Assembly: GCA_963841435.1 (NCBI GenBank)
Contig: CAWJCS010000002.1
Coordinates: 896,001-960,000 of the forward strand
Direction: 5' to 3'
DNA from: an uncultured delta proteobacterium
GTDB taxonomy: Bacteria > Myxococcota_A > Polyangia > Polyangiales > Polyangiaceae
DNA: 64,000 bases
This document shows positions 63,170-64,000 of the stretch, piece by piece. The notes beneath the pieces were generated by a model, which worked only from the letters and a program-made list of their open reading frames with translations, ran no database searches and was not told where the DNA came from. Position 1 is the first letter of the stretch, and the number at the start of each line of letters is the position of its first letter. Position numbers and translations under genes: made by a program.

Positions 63170-64000
63170 ATGAGTGACCTCGGGCCGGGCGAGATCCGGC
63201 TGGTTCCCCTCGGCGGCCTCGGCGAAATCGGCATGAACTGCCTCGCCGTCGAACAGCGAGACGGCATCATCGTCGTGGACTGCGGGGTCACTTTTCCCGA
63301 GCACGAGCTCGGCGTCGACGTCGTGCACCCCGACTTTCGCTGGCTTCTCGAGCGTGCCGCTCGCGTCCACGGCGTGTTCTTGACGCACGGTCACGAGGAT
63401 CACGTGGGCGCGCTGCCCTTCCTCCTGCGCGAGCTCCGCGTTCCCGTGTTCGGCCCGCCGCACGCGCTCGGCGTGGCCCGGCGCCGGCTCGAGGAGCATG
63501 ACCTGCCGCCGAAGGAGCTCGACCTTCGCCCCGTGCACGCGGGCGAGACCCACGCCGTGGGCCCCTTCTCGGTCGAGCCCGTGCGTGTCGCGCATTCGAT
63601 CGTCGAGGCGAGCGCCCTTTCGCTCGGAACCGCGGCCGGTAGGGTCGTTCACACGGGCGACTTCAATTTCGACCCGGACCCCACCGACGGCGAGCCGACC
63701 GACAGCGAGCGGCTCGAACGCCTGGGCGACGAGGGGGTTGCGCTCCTGCTCAGCGACAGCACCAACGTCGATGTTCCCGAGAAGCGGGGCAGCGAGCTCG
63801 GTGTCGCCCTGGCCGTCGAGGAGCTCGCGAGCCGGGCAACGGGTCGCGTCGTCGTGGCGATGTTCGCGAGCAACGTGCAGCGGCTGATGTCGTTCGGGCC
63901 GCTCGCGGAGCGCCTCGGTCGCAAGCTCTGCGTGCTCGGCCGGAGCCTCGACATGCAGGTCGCCGTGGCGACCGAGATCGGGCGGCTGCGCTGGCCGAGC
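63170..64000 (+). CDS. rnj: Ribonuclease J, 5' part only; runs off the window edge
   Basis: Manual translation: RLVPLGGLGEIGMNC..VVDCG..LTHGHEDHVGA..VAHSI..HTGDF..LLSDSTN..FASNVQR. Confidence 0.93.
   Translation, partial: MSDLGPGEIRLVPLGGLGEIGMNCLAVEQRDGIIVVDCGVTFPEHELGVDVVHPDFRWLLERAARVHGVFLTHGHEDHVGALPFLLRELRVPVFGPPHALGVARRRLEEHDLPPKELDLRPVHAGETHAVGPFSVEPVRVAHSIVEASALSLGTAAGRVVHTGDFNFDPDPTDGEPTDSERLERLGDEGVALLLSDSTNVDVPEKRGSELGVALAVEELASRATGRVVVAMFASNVQRLMSFGPLAERLGRKLCVLGRSLDMQVAVATEIGRLRWPS

Overview
Very GC-rich bacterial chromosomal DNA. The gene content (alternative complex III, a bacNOP-like bactofilin triplet, Hanks-type Ser/Thr kinases, an FHA-DUF4388 protein, TPR/lipoprotein pairs and a giant lipoprotein metallopeptidase) points to Myxococcota, probably Polyangiaceae-like; this is an inference. 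About 53 tightly packed genes are present. Most are housekeeping: actA/actB, a sigma-70 paralog, rpmI-rplT-pheS, carB, cyoE, metG, pdp, speA, gltX, ccmB, nadD, hisD, trmH, trxA, purB, rnj. They are interspersed with uncharacterised envelope and signalling proteins. I saw no tRNA, rRNA, CRISPR array, IS element, integrase or prophage. Three genes (a lipoprotein, a peroxiredoxin-like protein and metG) each carry one extra base, most likely sequencing errors, and the GH95 gene is separated from an in-frame lipoprotein signal by a TGA. I cannot show a clearly new multi-gene system. The best leads are a sigma-70 paralog with a natural Q437H-equivalent substitution, an orphan FliJ/SctO-like gene coupled to a TPR lytic transglycosylase, a WYL regulator divergent from a pyrimidine-nucleoside phosphorylase with a candidate operator, a kinase-Rieske-atypical kinase cluster, a basic internally duplicated nucleoid-protein candidate, and a SUKH-hisD-metallopeptidase-lipoprotein run. 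Product calls come from motif recognition by eye, with no database searches.
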